DNA of 32,000 nt, taken from assembly GCF_021378375.1 (NCBI RefSeq), contig NZ_CP076228.1:840001-872000 (forward strand), given 5' to 3'. A program made the translations under genes and the position numbers. How positions within the stretch are numbered: the first letter of the stretch is position 1; each line of letters starts with the position of its first letter. The notes beneath the pieces were generated by a model. It did not search any database and had not been told where the DNA came from. It saw nothing but the letters and a program-made list of their open reading frames with translations. Of the stretch, positions 1 through 9,614 are shown one piece after another. This DNA is from Wolbachia endosymbiont of Drosophila innubila (GTDB lineage Bacteria > Pseudomonadota > Alphaproteobacteria > Rickettsiales > Anaplasmataceae).

Positions 1-18
1 ACATCAAATAGATGTGTT

Positions 19-999
19 TTAACTTAATCCAACTTTTAAATTTTTCGCTGTTAGTACTAATGATTCATTAAAGAAGCTGTCAATATCACCAATACTATCT
101 ATATTTTTTGTACTGATAGATTGGTCAATTCTTTTGACCAAATTAGATAAAACTTTATTAGGGCCAATTTCAACAAATTTGTTAATGCCACGGCTTGACA
201 TATACAAAACCATTTCTCTCCATTTCACTCTGCTTACAACTTGCTTGGGGAGTAAAGTTTTTATAACTTTGGGATCACTCTCCTCTTTAGCTGTAACATT
301 TGATATCAAAGGAACTATAGGACGGGTTATTTTAATACCCTTCAAAAACTCCAAAACTTTTTCATCAGCAGGTTTCATAAGAGATGAATGAAAAGGCCCA
401 CTAACCTGTAATTTAATTAGTTTCCTCACACTCGAGTTTTTGAATAAATCGGGTAACATTTCAAGAGCTTCTCTAGTGCCACTTATAACCACTTGTCCGC
501 CACCGTTATCGTTTGCAATTTCACAAATTCCGTCAATTTGAACTGATTTCAATATATCTTCCACTTCATTTATCTCTGCTCCAAGCAACGCAACCATTCC
601 GCCTTTACATTTCAGTGAAGCTTCATGCATTGCTTCGCTGCGAACTTTCAGCAGCTTGATTGCAGACTCAAGCGTTAACGCTCCTGCAGCACACAGCGCT
701 GTATATTCGCCAACTGAATGCCCACAAACATATTTAACATTGTGATCAGTGAAAAGAGATTTGCCAAACACATGCTCCATAACACGTAGCATTGCAATTG
801 ATACTGCCATTATAGCTGGCTGAGCGTTTTCTGTAATGGTTAATTCTTCAATAGGACCGTTGAAGATTAAATGAGACAGCTTTCCATCCAATATGCTATC
901 TACTTCATTAAATACTTGTCTTGCAACAGAAAACTCACTACATAAGCTCTTTCCCATTCCTACAAACTGAGAGCCCTGACCGGGGAAAGCAAAAATCAT
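19..999 (-). CDS. fabD: malonyl-CoA:ACP transacylase
   Basis: 326-aa ORF with MIFAFPGQGSQFVGMG, the GHSVGEYTAL active-site motif and QVSGPFHS. Confidence 0.97.
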   Translation of the reverse strand: MIFAFPGQGSQFVGMGKSLCSEFSVARQVFNEVDSILDGKLSHLIFNGPIEELTITENAQPAIMAVSIAMLRVMEHVFGKSLFTDHNVKYVCGHSVGEYTALCAAGALTLESAIKLLKVRSEAMHEASLKCKGGMVALLGAEINEVEDILKSVQIDGICEIANDNGGGQVVISGTREALEMLPDLFKNSSVRKLIKLQVSGPFHSSLMKPADEKVLEFLKGIKITRPIVPLISNVTAKEESDPKVIKTLLPKQVVSRVKWREMVLYMSSRGINKFVEIGPNKVLSNLVKRIDQSISTKNIDSIGDIDSFFNESLVLTAKNLKVGLS

Positions 1000-1127
1000 G
1001 ATAGTTATTATTTATTCCTTATTAAATATACTACTTTATTTATTTTTTGTCAATATTTTAGAATAATGATTGACTTAGTGAATTAAGTTCACTAGAATAT
1101 TAGCTGACTAAAAGTTTATAAACAACA

Positions 1128-1331
1128 ATGAATTATCATAAAATTATTATAGTTATGACAGACGGTCAAGAGTTTGAAACTCGTTCCACTTATGGAAAGG
1201 AGGGAGATAGGGTAAAACTTGATAGAGATCCTCTTACTCACCCTGCATGGACTGGAAGTTTGACAAGCGGGTTAACAAGTAAAACTAGCAAATTAGCTAA
1301 GTTTAACGGTAAATATGGAAGCATTTTCTAA
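1128..1331 (+). CDS. rpmE: 50S ribosomal protein L31
   Basis: 67-aa ORF with the DGxEFETRSTYGKEGD...DPLTHPAWTG pattern of alphaproteobacterial L31. Confidence 0.9.
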   Translation: MNYHKIIIVMTDGQEFETRSTYGKEGDRVKLDRDPLTHPAWTGSLTSGLTSKTSKLAKFNGKYGSIF

Positions 1332-1369
1332 TTCTCCTCCTCTTTAAGTTTTAGAGAGTTTACTGAAGC

Positions 1370-2164
1370 ATGCATAAATACAAAAATATAGGCTATGTTG
1401 CTTTTCCATCACCAAAATCGCAGGAAGTATCTAAACTATTAAAGAAACTTAATTTTATCAATATAACAGAAGAAAATAAGTCCGAAATCGATCTATTGAT
1501 AGTTGTTGGCGGTGATGGCTTTATGCTACGCACTTTGCACAATTACGTCATAGAAAATAAAAACATGCATGTGTATGGGATAAACACTGGCAATGTTGGG
1601 TTTTTGATGAATAAATGCTTTAGCTGCAGTGAAGATTTAATTGATCATATAGAGCATGCAACTTCAACTCAGTTAACTTTGCTAAAAATGGAAGCAACAG
1701 ACACAAGTGGCAAGAGATATCATTACATAGCAGTAAACGAAGTATACGTTTTTAGAAAAGCGAACCAAATAGTAGAGATGAATATTACTATTAATGATAA
1801 GCTAAAAGTAGAAAAATTTAGAGGGGACGGAGTAATATTATCTACCCCCACAGGCAGCACTGCATACAACTTCTCTGCCGGTGGCCCAATCTTGCCGCTA
1901 AATTCAAATTTACTTGCACTCACTTCTATCAATAGCTATTACCCAAGGCATTGGAATGGAGCGTTAATATCAAACGATACAATCGTACAAATTGACATTA
2001 ACGACACAAAAAACCGTCCAGCACTTGTAGTATCAGATTACAAGGAGTTTCATAATATATCACAGATAAAAATACAAAAAGACCACGAAAACACAATAAC
2101 TTTGCTTTTTGACAAAGATTACCCTCTGAATGAAAGAATCTTTGATAGACAATTTCTATACTAA
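1370..2164 (+). CDS. nadK: NAD(+) kinase
   Basis: 264-aa ORF with the VVGGDGFML (GGDG) motif, YGINTGNVGFLM and STPTGSTAYNFSAGGPI. Confidence 0.95.
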   Translation: MHKYKNIGYVAFPSPKSQEVSKLLKKLNFINITEENKSEIDLLIVVGGDGFMLRTLHNYVIENKNMHVYGINTGNVGFLMNKCFSCSEDLIDHIEHATSTQLTLLKMEATDTSGKRYHYIAVNEVYVFRKANQIVEMNITINDKLKVEKFRGDGVILSTPTGSTAYNFSAGGPILPLNSNLLALTSINSYYPRHWNGALISNDTIVQIDINDTKNRPALVVSDYKEFHNISQIKIQKDHENTITLLFDKDYPLNERIFDRQFLY

Positions 2165-2241
2165 TAATTATCCGTAAATTGGTATTTACTATATCTTAAT
2201 AATTATAGCGTAATCAATGCAGCATAGTAATTAATTTTGGA

Positions 2242-3594
2242 GTGAATATGCCTGGACCAGTAAATGAAGAACAAACAGTAACATTAATTTCTTCCACATC
2301 AATAAGTGAAGATGACAAGATAACACCAGGAATTTTACCAACACCAGCACTTAGGACAAGTACTCCGAAAAAAAATGATGAAAATACAGCTTTAGAAGCT
2401 TTGTTAGAGGAAGAATTTAAAGAGAAAAAAAACAGCAATGCTAATTCAAGAGATCCGTTAACTCTTGAGATTCAAGTATCACCTCCTTCCCTAGAAGAAA
2501 CAAAAGGTGAAGAAACTCATGTTGACGTGCCACAAAATTCAACTCTAAGCAGATCCCCTTCTCAAGAGACAGTATTTGATGATCCTGATAAAACATTTAC
2601 ACGGTTAAGCAGAGAATCAAGTAACAAACTTAGCAATGTACCTTCAACTTCTCCACCATCATATAAGACAGATGACTCTGAAGAGTCTTTGTCACTAAAT
2701 TCTGATGTAGGTGGCACAACAAATAAAAAAACAAACAGATTCTTGCCAAGAGCAAAGTATTCCATGCAGCAGAAGGGCTTTATAATTTTTACTGCAAGTG
2801 CTATTATACTCAGTATATCTGCAGCTTTATTATATTTACAAGATAAAGCAAAATTTATTGCATTTTTTACAAACAGCCCAAAATATATCACTATACCAGT
2901 TATCGCACTTGCTGCATTGCTTGCAATTGGTCCAATATTTTTTGCAACAAGGCAATTTATAGATACTGAAGAACATTCCATTCAAAAAAAAGATGCGGAT
3001 AAAATTTTAGCTGAGGTGTTGGAGCACCAGCCAAAAGATAAAGCTATAAAATCTGTAAGACTGGAATATAGCAATAGCACTCATTCAAATTTTGTACTTA
3101 ATGCTTGGGAAGCTAAACAAGGCTTCACTAACATTGACGAAAAAGTAATTACTAGAACTAATAAAATAAAATCAGTAATTAACGACAGACCAATATTTAC
3201 TGCATTATTTACTGGTGTAGTTGCTGCAAATATAGCGTTTCCTCTAGGGCTACTTGCAACACATGGTGTTAATGGTGTACAAAAATTTTACCAAAACCCT
3301 TTGACTAATAACATAGGATTATCATTACTTATAGGTTCTGGTATACTTGCATTATCAATTATATGTCTTGGCGTGCATTATTATAGAAAAATAAATTGCA
3401 CTAACCTTATATATTCTGAAGAAGAGATTGATCCTAAAGATGTTAATGGGAAATTCATTGAGGAAATAAAACGAGAAAGAACAAATGTTCTTGGGGAAAA
3501 TCACAATAAAGACGCTAAACGCAGCAGCTTAACGCTTGAGCAAGTTGTGGTTCAATCTCATAATTGTAAGGATATTGTTTATAGTGTCGGTTAA
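2242..3594 (+). CDS. hypothetical membrane protein with a long Ser/Pro/Glu/Lys-rich N-terminus and several hydrophobic segments
   Basis: 450-aa ORF; low-complexity polar first ~170 aa, then hydrophobic stretches (GFIIFTASAIILSISAALLYL, YITIPVIALAALLAIGPIFF, IGLSLLIGSGILALSIICLGV). Confidence 0.75.
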   Translation: MNMPGPVNEEQTVTLISSTSISEDDKITPGILPTPALRTSTPKKNDENTALEALLEEEFKEKKNSNANSRDPLTLEIQVSPPSLEETKGEETHVDVPQNSTLSRSPSQETVFDDPDKTFTRLSRESSNKLSNVPSTSPPSYKTDDSEESLSLNSDVGGTTNKKTNRFLPRAKYSMQQKGFIIFTASAIILSISAALLYLQDKAKFIAFFTNSPKYITIPVIALAALLAIGPIFFATRQFIDTEEHSIQKKDADKILAEVLEHQPKDKAIKSVRLEYSNSTHSNFVLNAWEAKQGFTNIDEKVITRTNKIKSVINDRPIFTALFTGVVAANIAFPLGLLATHGVNGVQKFYQNPLTNNIGLSLLIGSGILALSIICLGVHYYRKINCTNLIYSEEEIDPKDVNGKFIEEIKRERTNVLGENHNKDAKRSSLTLEQVVVQSHNCKDIVYSVG

Positions 3595-3629
3595 TAAAAT
3601 GCATGATATAGCTAGTGCAGCCCTACGTC

Positions 3630-3712
3630 ATACCGCTGCAGACCGTCATACCGCGATTCATTCGCGGTATCTCTAGATCCCGCTAGCACGTAGCGGGATG
3701 ACGATTGTCAGG
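3630..3712. repeat. palindromic repeat (ATACCGCGATTCATTCGCGGTAT plus ATCCCGCTAGCACGTAGCGGGAT)
   Basis: Same module as at 6446-6515 and 12643-12713. Confidence 0.8.
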
Positions 3713-4150
3713 GTAGCACCTCCCTCCCCTGTCATCCAAGTAGCTGACTGACCTTACCCAGAAAAAGTGGAGAGAAAGTTTGGAATGTTTTTCACAAAGA
3801 GAATGATGAATCAAAATGCTCAGGAATGCAATAGTTAATAGTGACGTTGTTTGTTATAAAAAATTTCTATGTATTCAAATATTGCAGTTCTAGTTTGTTG
3901 AGCAGAGTGTTGTGAAGTATCAATAAGTATTTCTCTTTTCAATGAGCTAAAGAAGCTTTCCACAACAGAATTGTCGTAACAACAACCTTTATGACTCATC
4001 TATGTTTTTATGGATAAGAGATATTGATAACCTTGCGAAGTATATTGTGAACCTTGATCACTATGTAATAGTAGATTTTGGCAGGTTTACGCTTGTTAAC
4101 GGCCATTAATAAAGAGTCCATAACCAATTGTTTATTTATTGAACTGCTCA

Positions 4151-4408
4151 TTAACTACCATGCGTGAATATAGATCGATTATTGTTGCCAAATATAGCCA
4201 TCCTTCTTTGGTTTTTATATAAGTAATCCCATACTTTATTTGGTTGATCAACAATAAAGTTTTGATCTAGTATATTGGGAGCTACAGCTCTATTATCTGT
4301 TTGTTGTTTTTTAATTTTAAACTTTCTTTTCAGTATAGCCCTGATGTCATTTTTCTGCATAATACTTTGCACCGTTTTCAAATTGCAACTTTTACCCAAA
4401 GCCTTCAA
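4151..4408 (-). pseudogene. IS3-family transposase orfB fragment
   Basis: [54 protein letters not shown]; the rest of orfB is out of frame. Confidence 0.7.
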
Positions 4409-4698
4409 TTCAGCATGAATTTTAGGAGCTCCATATCTACATTTAGAAACTTGATATATTTTTGAATAGCTGCGAGTAGCTCTTTATTTGCTGATTCTCT
4501 ACTGCTTATTTTTCTTGTGGTCCACTTATAGTAGCCACTAGCAGAAAATCCTACATAATTCCTGTACTTTATAGCAGTTACTATATAAAAAATATTTTAC
4601 TCTTTTTGACTGGCTAGGGCTTTTTTAAATGTCTCTTTCCCTTGTTACTCTTGCTTTGTAAATCAAACCTCTCTTTGTCGTAAGGAGCCATGTTACCT

Positions 4699-4881
4699 CT
4701 ACCTGGAAATGCATCTGCTGCCGACTTTTTTTCGTTGTGTTTCTTTTATCCATTTTCCTAATAAACCACCCTTTATTCCTAAATCCTTTGCTATTTTTGT
4801 AATTGTTTGACCTGCCTTTCTTTGTTCATTTGCCAGTTTAACAGCTTCCAATTTGAATTCTGCCGTATATTCTCTTGCCAT
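4699..4881 (-). pseudogene. IS3-family transposase orfA fragment
   Basis: ORF MAREYTAEFKLEAVKLANEQRKAGQTITKIAKDLGIKGGLLGKWIKETQ. Confidence 0.8.
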
Positions 4882-4957
4882 TTCTAATCCTCCAAAATTT
4901 TATTTTACCCAAAAAAACTCTTTTCTTTCTCTCCACTTTTTCTGGGTAAGGTCAGTC

Positions 4958-5598
4958 TGTCCAGGTTCCAAGATCGGTGTCAAAAATTGCTCAAACCATC
5001 CATTAAAAACATCCATATTACAGTGGCCTTCAAAGGTTAACGGAACAACTATCTTTCTTCCACTTAAGGCTGCAACCATACTGATTCGTTGAGTTTTCTT
5101 TCCAGATTTTAAGGCATAAAACCGCTGTCCTTTCTGGCAATATCCGTAGTTCGGTGTTATCAATGCCAGACTCATCTATATACACTAAGTTTTTAGGTTC
5201 TTTTGTCGCTATAATTTTCAAAAATTCAGCACGTTTTTCTTCGTTTCTTTCCTTGTATCCATATGTCTTTTTTTGCGCGTAAATCCAATTTTTTTAAGGG
5301 CTCGATAGATCGTTTGGATACTAACGTTGTTCCAAAGTTTAGCCATTTCCGATAGAGTCTTTCCTCCGTGTTCTCTGGCAAATTTGGCAAAGGTATCCCA
5401 GTCGGTAATTTTGTGATTGTAACCCCCATTTCCAAGTTTTTTTGATTGAAAGTCTCCTGTTTCTTTTCTTCTTTGCTGCCACTCCCATAAAGTAGTTCGT
5501 CCAATCTTAAATCTTGCTGCCACTGTTTCTCTGCTTTCTCCTTCGTCTAGCGCTTCCATTGCTTTTTTTCTTAAATCATAACTATATGCTGCTGGCAT
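4958..5598 (-). pseudogene. IS630-family transposase, frameshifted and truncated at its C-terminus by the IS3-family element
   Basis: MPAAYSYDLRKKAMEALDEGESRETVAARFKIGRTTLWEW..., then KIIATKEPKNLVYIDESGID and YCQKGQRFYALKSGKKTQRISMVAAL in different frames; homology stops at LEPGQT, where the IS3 terminal repeat starts. Confidence 0.85.
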
Positions 5599-5684
5599 TC
5601 AACCTCCTTATCATCATCTACCCTTATCCTATCACATCCGGACTTTTATGGAAAGAGCTATATTTTTATCAATTCTGCAATCAT

Positions 5685-6068
5685 TTATCTTAATATTAAG
5701 TTTCTTTTGATGCTTGTGAATAGCTGCAAATCTCTTCCTATTTGTTGCAAATACCCTTTTATAAACCCGACTGTTTGTCTTAAACCAATTCTAAAGAAAC
5801 TGACGATTATATGCACCAAAATCACAACTTTATCACTATAAATATAGTTGCCGCCCTGCATTTTTGGACAATTCTCGTACCAATTTTCTATGGCGTCATT
5901 GATATAACAAAAAATGCTTCCTCTTTCTTGGAGAAATTTGTTATATTCATGGCAGTTACTGACTCTCATTTTTTGTGGCATATTTTTTCTTCAACAGTTA
6001 AATGGCTATTTATAATGAATTTTGTCAGTAACTGCCAGTTCTTTTCACTTGAGCGATGCAACAAAGCC
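5685..6068 (-). pseudogene. IS5-family (IS903 group) transposase N-terminal fragment with its terminal repeat
   Basis: MRVSNCHEYNKFLQERGSIFCYINDAIENWYEN...IYSDKVVILVHIIVSFFRIGLRQTVGFIKGYLQQIG; terminus AGCGATGCAACAAAGCC (about 6052-6068) matches the terminal repeat at 19564-19580. Confidence 0.75.
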
Positions 6069-6520
6069 CACTGGGATCCAGGAAAGTTTGCTTGTAAGCA
6101 AGCAAACTAGCATGGAAAGTTTATACTAAATGAATGTTTTTGATGAGGTTGCACAGAAGCTGGATCCCAGTGTCAAGCACTGGGATGACATCATCCTTTT
6201 TTGGATTCCAAACTGGAATGACAGCAGTCCTACGTCATACCGCCGCGGTATTTCCAGATCCCGCTAACACGTAGCGGGATGATGGTTGTCAGGGTGTTGT
6301 CCAAGTAGCCTCCTTCTTCTGTTATCCAAGTAGCCTCTTTCTTGTCATCCCAGTGCCCAGACACTGGGATCCAGGAAACTTAACTTTACACCAGGTAATA
6401 AGAACTGGATTCCAGCGTCACGCGCTGGAATGACAGCAGTCCTACGTCATACCGCGATTCATTCGCGGTATCTCAGCCGCTAACAAGAGATCCCGCTAAC
6501 AAGCAGCGGGATGACGGTTG
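6069..6520. repeat. cluster of short palindromic repeats
   Basis: Multiple hairpin-like units: GGATCCCAGTGTCAAGCACTGGGATGAC, ATCCCAGTGCCCAGACACTGGGATCC, GGATTCCAGCGTCACGCGCTGGAATGAC, ATACCGCGATTCATTCGCGGTAT, GATCCCGCTAACACGTAGCGGGATG. Confidence 0.85.
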
Positions 6521-6984
6521 TCGTTTAGCCATAAATATTAAGAAATTTACCAAATGAAAAAAAGGCAAAAGAAGCCCCGTGGTTATTATCCGCTTTAAAA
6601 TATTGGCGTTTTTTATGTTTTAAACGCTTGACAAGCGAGATTCAGCCACTTTTAATTGCAACTAACCTACGCTGCAAATGTTTAAGAAATTTACTAAGCA
6701 GAAAAAAAGACAAAGAATCCCCGAGTTAGCTAGTCTTTTACTATCTCTGTCGAGTATTGGCATTTTTTGATGTCTTGTAACGCTTTATAAGCGCGTTCAG
6801 CTTATTTAGATAAAAATCTAGATGTAGATGAAGTTTTGTAAAGACATACAGTATCTATATACTGCAAAAAATTGAACATGAGACGCCGATACATTAAGTA
6901 ATCCTTACCTTTTAATCTGCAGATTGGCGAAAGCAAATACAATAGCTTCACTATCATGATAAGGGCGCTGGCGGAGTTTGTCAA
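6446..6984. repeat. ~0.54 kb repeat, left arm of an inverted pair
   Basis: Near-identical reverse complement of 12181-12713, e.g. ...GAAAAAAAGGCAAAAGAAGCCCCGTGGTTATTATC... and ...CTGCAGATTGGCGAAAGCAAATACAATAGCTTCACTATCATGATAAGGGCGCTGGCG. Confidence 0.93.
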
Positions 6985-7018
6985 GGGATTTTTGACGAAA
7001 TGATTTTGAAAGCAAAGA

Positions 7019-7090
7019 GCGGGAGAAGGGGTTCGAACCCTCGACCTCAACCTTGGCAAGGTTGCGCTCTACCAACTGAGCTACTCCCGC
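7019..7090 (-). tRNA. tRNA-Gly (GCC)
   Basis: Reverse complement GCGGGAGTAGCTCAGTTGGTAGAGCGCAACCTTGCCAAGGTTGAGGTCGAGGGTTCGAACCCCTTCTCCCGC folds as a cloverleaf; anticodon loop TTGCCAA. Confidence 0.97.
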
Positions 7091-7270
7091 AATTAAATTA
7101 ACCTAAATTTACTTAATTATAGGCATATACAGCGATTTGTAAACCCTGTGTACACGAAAAATGTGAGAGCCCATAAATTTGCGTGGTTCCTTCTATGATC
7201 TTTTCGTATACTTAAGACTCATTTTTGATTATCATAGGTTTTCAATTGTGCCAAAAAATGTATTAATTTT

Positions 7271-7891
7271 ATGGGAATATTTTTATATAAAGACGACTTG
7301 CCAGCTAGTTCAATACCAGATGATATAAGGTCTATAGCTGTTGATACCGAGGCAATGGGGCTACTTCATAGCAGAGATAGATTATGCCTTGTGCAGCTCT
7401 CTTTTAATGATGGCAACGCTCACTTAGTTCAACTCAAGAACGATTATACAGCGCCAAATTTAAGAAAAATATTAGAGGATAAAAATATAACTAAAATATT
7501 TCACTTCGCGCGATTTGATGTGAGCATAATACGTTATTACTTGGAAACTTGGGCACTTCCGTGCTATTGCACAAAGATAGCTTCACGTTTAGTTCGCACT
7601 TACACAGATAATCATAGCTTAAAAGAGTTGTGCTTAGAGCTGCTTGATACCAAACTAAATAAGCAGCAGCAATCTTCTGATTGGGGAAATGAAAATTTAA
7701 CAGACAAACAAAAAAGTTATGCTGCATCTGATGTTTTGTATCTCCACAGTATAAAGGAAAAGCTAGACTTAATGCTGGAGCGTGAAAATAGAAAAGAATT
7801 GGCCCAAAAGTGCTTTGAATTTCTTCCTACTCGTATTGAATTAGACTTAATGGGTTGGGAAAACGTGGATATCTTTAACCACCAGATGTAA
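7271..7891 (+). CDS. rnd: ribonuclease D-like 3'-5' exonuclease (short form)
   Basis: AVDTEAMGL, LCLVQLSF, KIFHFARFDVSII, KELCLELLDTKLNKQQQSSDWG, QKSYAASDVLYLHSI (DEDD exonuclease motifs). Confidence 0.88.
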   Translation: MGIFLYKDDLPASSIPDDIRSIAVDTEAMGLLHSRDRLCLVQLSFNDGNAHLVQLKNDYTAPNLRKILEDKNITKIFHFARFDVSIIRYYLETWALPCYCTKIASRLVRTYTDNHSLKELCLELLDTKLNKQQQSSDWGNENLTDKQKSYAASDVLYLHSIKEKLDLMLERENRKELAQKCFEFLPTRIELDLMGWENVDIFNHQM

Positions 7892-8018
7892 TAGAAGTTT
7901 TTTGTTTGTGCAAAACACTTTAGGGCAATTTTTCAAGCTCTGCGGTAAGAATTTAGTTGATTAACTGCTAATAGATACGCTATATTTTACAAGCAATCGT
8001 TTTAAGTTTAGGTATTTT

Positions 8019-8342
8019 ATGAGTGATGATATTACACCGGTAAATGATCAAAATTTCAAATCTGAAGTCACTGACTATAAAGGGTTTGTTCTGGTAGATT
8101 TTTGGGCAGAATGGTGTGGGCCATGTAAAAGTCTAATGCCGCGTATTGAACAGTTGGCTAAAGACAGAAAAGGCAAGATTAAGATCTGCAAGTTCGACAT
8201 AGATGAAGGGACTGAAGTGCCAAGTAAGTATGGGGTTCAATCTATACCTACTTTGATTATATTTCAAGATGGTAAGGAAATTGCACGCAAAATTGGTGCA
8301 ACAAATGATCTGCTAAGTTGGGTTGATAGTGAAATAAGCTAA
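8019..8342 (+). CDS. trxA: thioredoxin
   Basis: VDFWAEWCGPCKSLMP (WCGPCK) and YGVQSIPTLIIFQDGKEI. Confidence 0.97.
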   Translation: MSDDITPVNDQNFKSEVTDYKGFVLVDFWAEWCGPCKSLMPRIEQLAKDRKGKIKICKFDIDEGTEVPSKYGVQSIPTLIIFQDGKEIARKIGATNDLLSWVDSEIS

Positions 8343-8384
8343 TAGACAAATTTGCTTTTGTGTGTATTATAAATATTGATAAAA

Positions 8385-8461
8385 GGGATTGTAGCTCAGT
8401 CGGTTAGAGCAGTTCGCTCATAACGAATTGGCCGTAGGTTCGAGTCCTACCAATCCCACCA
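8385..8461 (+). tRNA. tRNA with CAT anticodon (elongator Met, or Ile2 if lysidine-modified)
   Basis: GGGATTGTAGCTCAGTCGGTTAGAGCAGTTCGCTCATAACGAATTGGCCGTAGGTTCGAGTCCTACCAATCCCACCA; cloverleaf with encoded CCA. Confidence 0.95.
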
Positions 8462-8519
8462 TTGTTAGCATGATCGTAACAATGAGAAAACTATAGTATA
8501 TGAACTATATATTAATGTA

Positions 8520-9188
8520 ATGGGGGAAATGATGGAATTTACTAAGTCTCTAAATAACAAGTTAGATGAATTGCACTTACTAAATCATCCATTCTACCAA
8601 TCATGGAATACAGGAAGCTTAAGCTTGCAAGCTTTACAAACCTATGCTAAAAAATATTATCACCATGTTGCTGCGTTTCCTCGTTACATCAGTGGTATAC
8701 ATTTTCTGTGCCCAGATCTAAAAATGCGACAGGTTTTACTTGGTAATTTAATAGAAGAGGAACAAGGTGATGAAAATCATCCAGAGTTATGGAAACGTTT
8801 TGCTGAAGGGCTTGGCGTTGCGCGATCTGATCTTCGTGAAAGTGCACAGATTAAGGAGACACAAGAATTAATTGATGGTTACTTTGACATTGTAAGATCA
8901 GGTTTTGCAGCAGGTCTTGGAGCCTTGTACGCTTACGAACGTCAAACTCCAGAGGTTTCCAAGTCTAAAATTGAAGGTTTAAAAAAACACTATTCAATAA
9001 GTGATGAGCGTTCTCTTCAATTTTTTACGGTCCATATGCATGCTGATGAATGGCATTCTGAGGAATGTGCAAATCTTATTGAAGATCTAGATGAAAAAGA
9101 GCAAGATAAAGTTATGCAGGGTGCTCAAAAGGGAGCAAGGCTCTTGTGGGGTTTTCTTGATGGAATGATGAATGCTAGCGTGTGTTAG
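8520..9188 (+). CDS. CADD / PqqC-TenA-like heme-oxygenase-fold protein, predicted pABA-forming enzyme
   Basis: 222-aa ORF: HPFYQSWNTGSL, TYAKKYYHHVAAFPRYISGIH, EEEQGDENHPELWKRFAEGLG, HMHADEWHSEE; adjacent to folate genes. The start may be the ATG at 8529 or 8532. Confidence 0.85.
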   Translation: MGEMMEFTKSLNNKLDELHLLNHPFYQSWNTGSLSLQALQTYAKKYYHHVAAFPRYISGIHFLCPDLKMRQVLLGNLIEEEQGDENHPELWKRFAEGLGVARSDLRESAQIKETQELIDGYFDIVRSGFAAGLGALYAYERQTPEVSKSKIEGLKKHYSISDERSLQFFTVHMHADEWHSEECANLIEDLDEKEQDKVMQGAQKGARLLWGFLDGMMNASVC

Positions 9189-9227
9189 TAGTTGTAAGTA
9201 GCTCAAACTCAGTGATGTTGGAATGCA

Positions 9228-9614
9228 ATGTCTGCATGTAATCTTCTTATATCTGACTTACGGCTTTGGGTTCATTTAGGCTATAGTGCAGAAGAGAAGT
9301 ATCATTCTCAATTAGTTAGTGTTAATATTGATTTTACCTTTAAATCCCCCCCTTTAGGACTTACAACTGACCGGCTTGAGGATACTATATGCTACTTGGA
9401 GGTAGTTCAGAGTATTCAATCTCTCGTTCAAAGCAAGCAATTCAACTTAATCGAGCATTTAACTCATGATATATACAGGACCATTAATAACCTTGTGATG
9501 CAAAAAAAGCTTATTATTTCTTCTATAGGCGTAACTATTCACAAAGTTGCACCACCTGTCCCCAGTGTGCATGGAGGTGTTTTCTTTACTTATCGTAATG
9601 CGTTGCAAGAATGA
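9228..9614 (+). CDS. folB: dihydroneopterin aldolase
   Basis: 128-aa ORF: ISDLRLWVHLGYSAEEK, FNLIEHLTHDIYRTI, VTIHKVAPPVPSVHGGVFFTY. Confidence 0.88.
   Translation: MSACNLLISDLRLWVHLGYSAEEKYHSQLVSVNIDFTFKSPPLGLTTDRLEDTICYLEVVQSIQSLVQSKQFNLIEHLTHDIYRTINNLVMQKKLIISSIGVTIHKVAPPVPSVHGGVFFTYRNALQE

Larger units (their letters stand above)
3747..4957 (-). mobile_element. decayed IS3-family element with both terminal inverted repeats
   Basis: GACTGACCTTACCCAGAAAAAGTGGAGAGAAAG at 3747-3779 is the reverse complement of 4925-4957. Inside are an orfA-like HTH fragment (REYTAEFKLEAVKLANEQRKAGQTITKIAKDLGI, 4699-4881) and orfB remnants (LKALGKSCNLKTVQSIMQKNDIRAILKRKFK and a broken SFFSSLKREI-like end). 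Confidence 0.85.

Noticed and set aside
2562-2981. 139-aa antisense ORF
   Set aside because: Shadow of the 450-aa membrane protein gene; no start context or homology pattern.
6069-6520. Possible CRISPR array
   Set aside because: Units are different palindromes with irregular spacing and shared linkers, with no identical direct repeats and unique spacers, and no cas genes nearby.
6802-7059. 85-aa minus-strand ORF, matching in sequence the ORF at 12181-12363
   Set aside because: Both derive from the inverted repeat and the first runs into the tRNA-Gly gene; repeat-derived open frame rather than a demonstrated gene.
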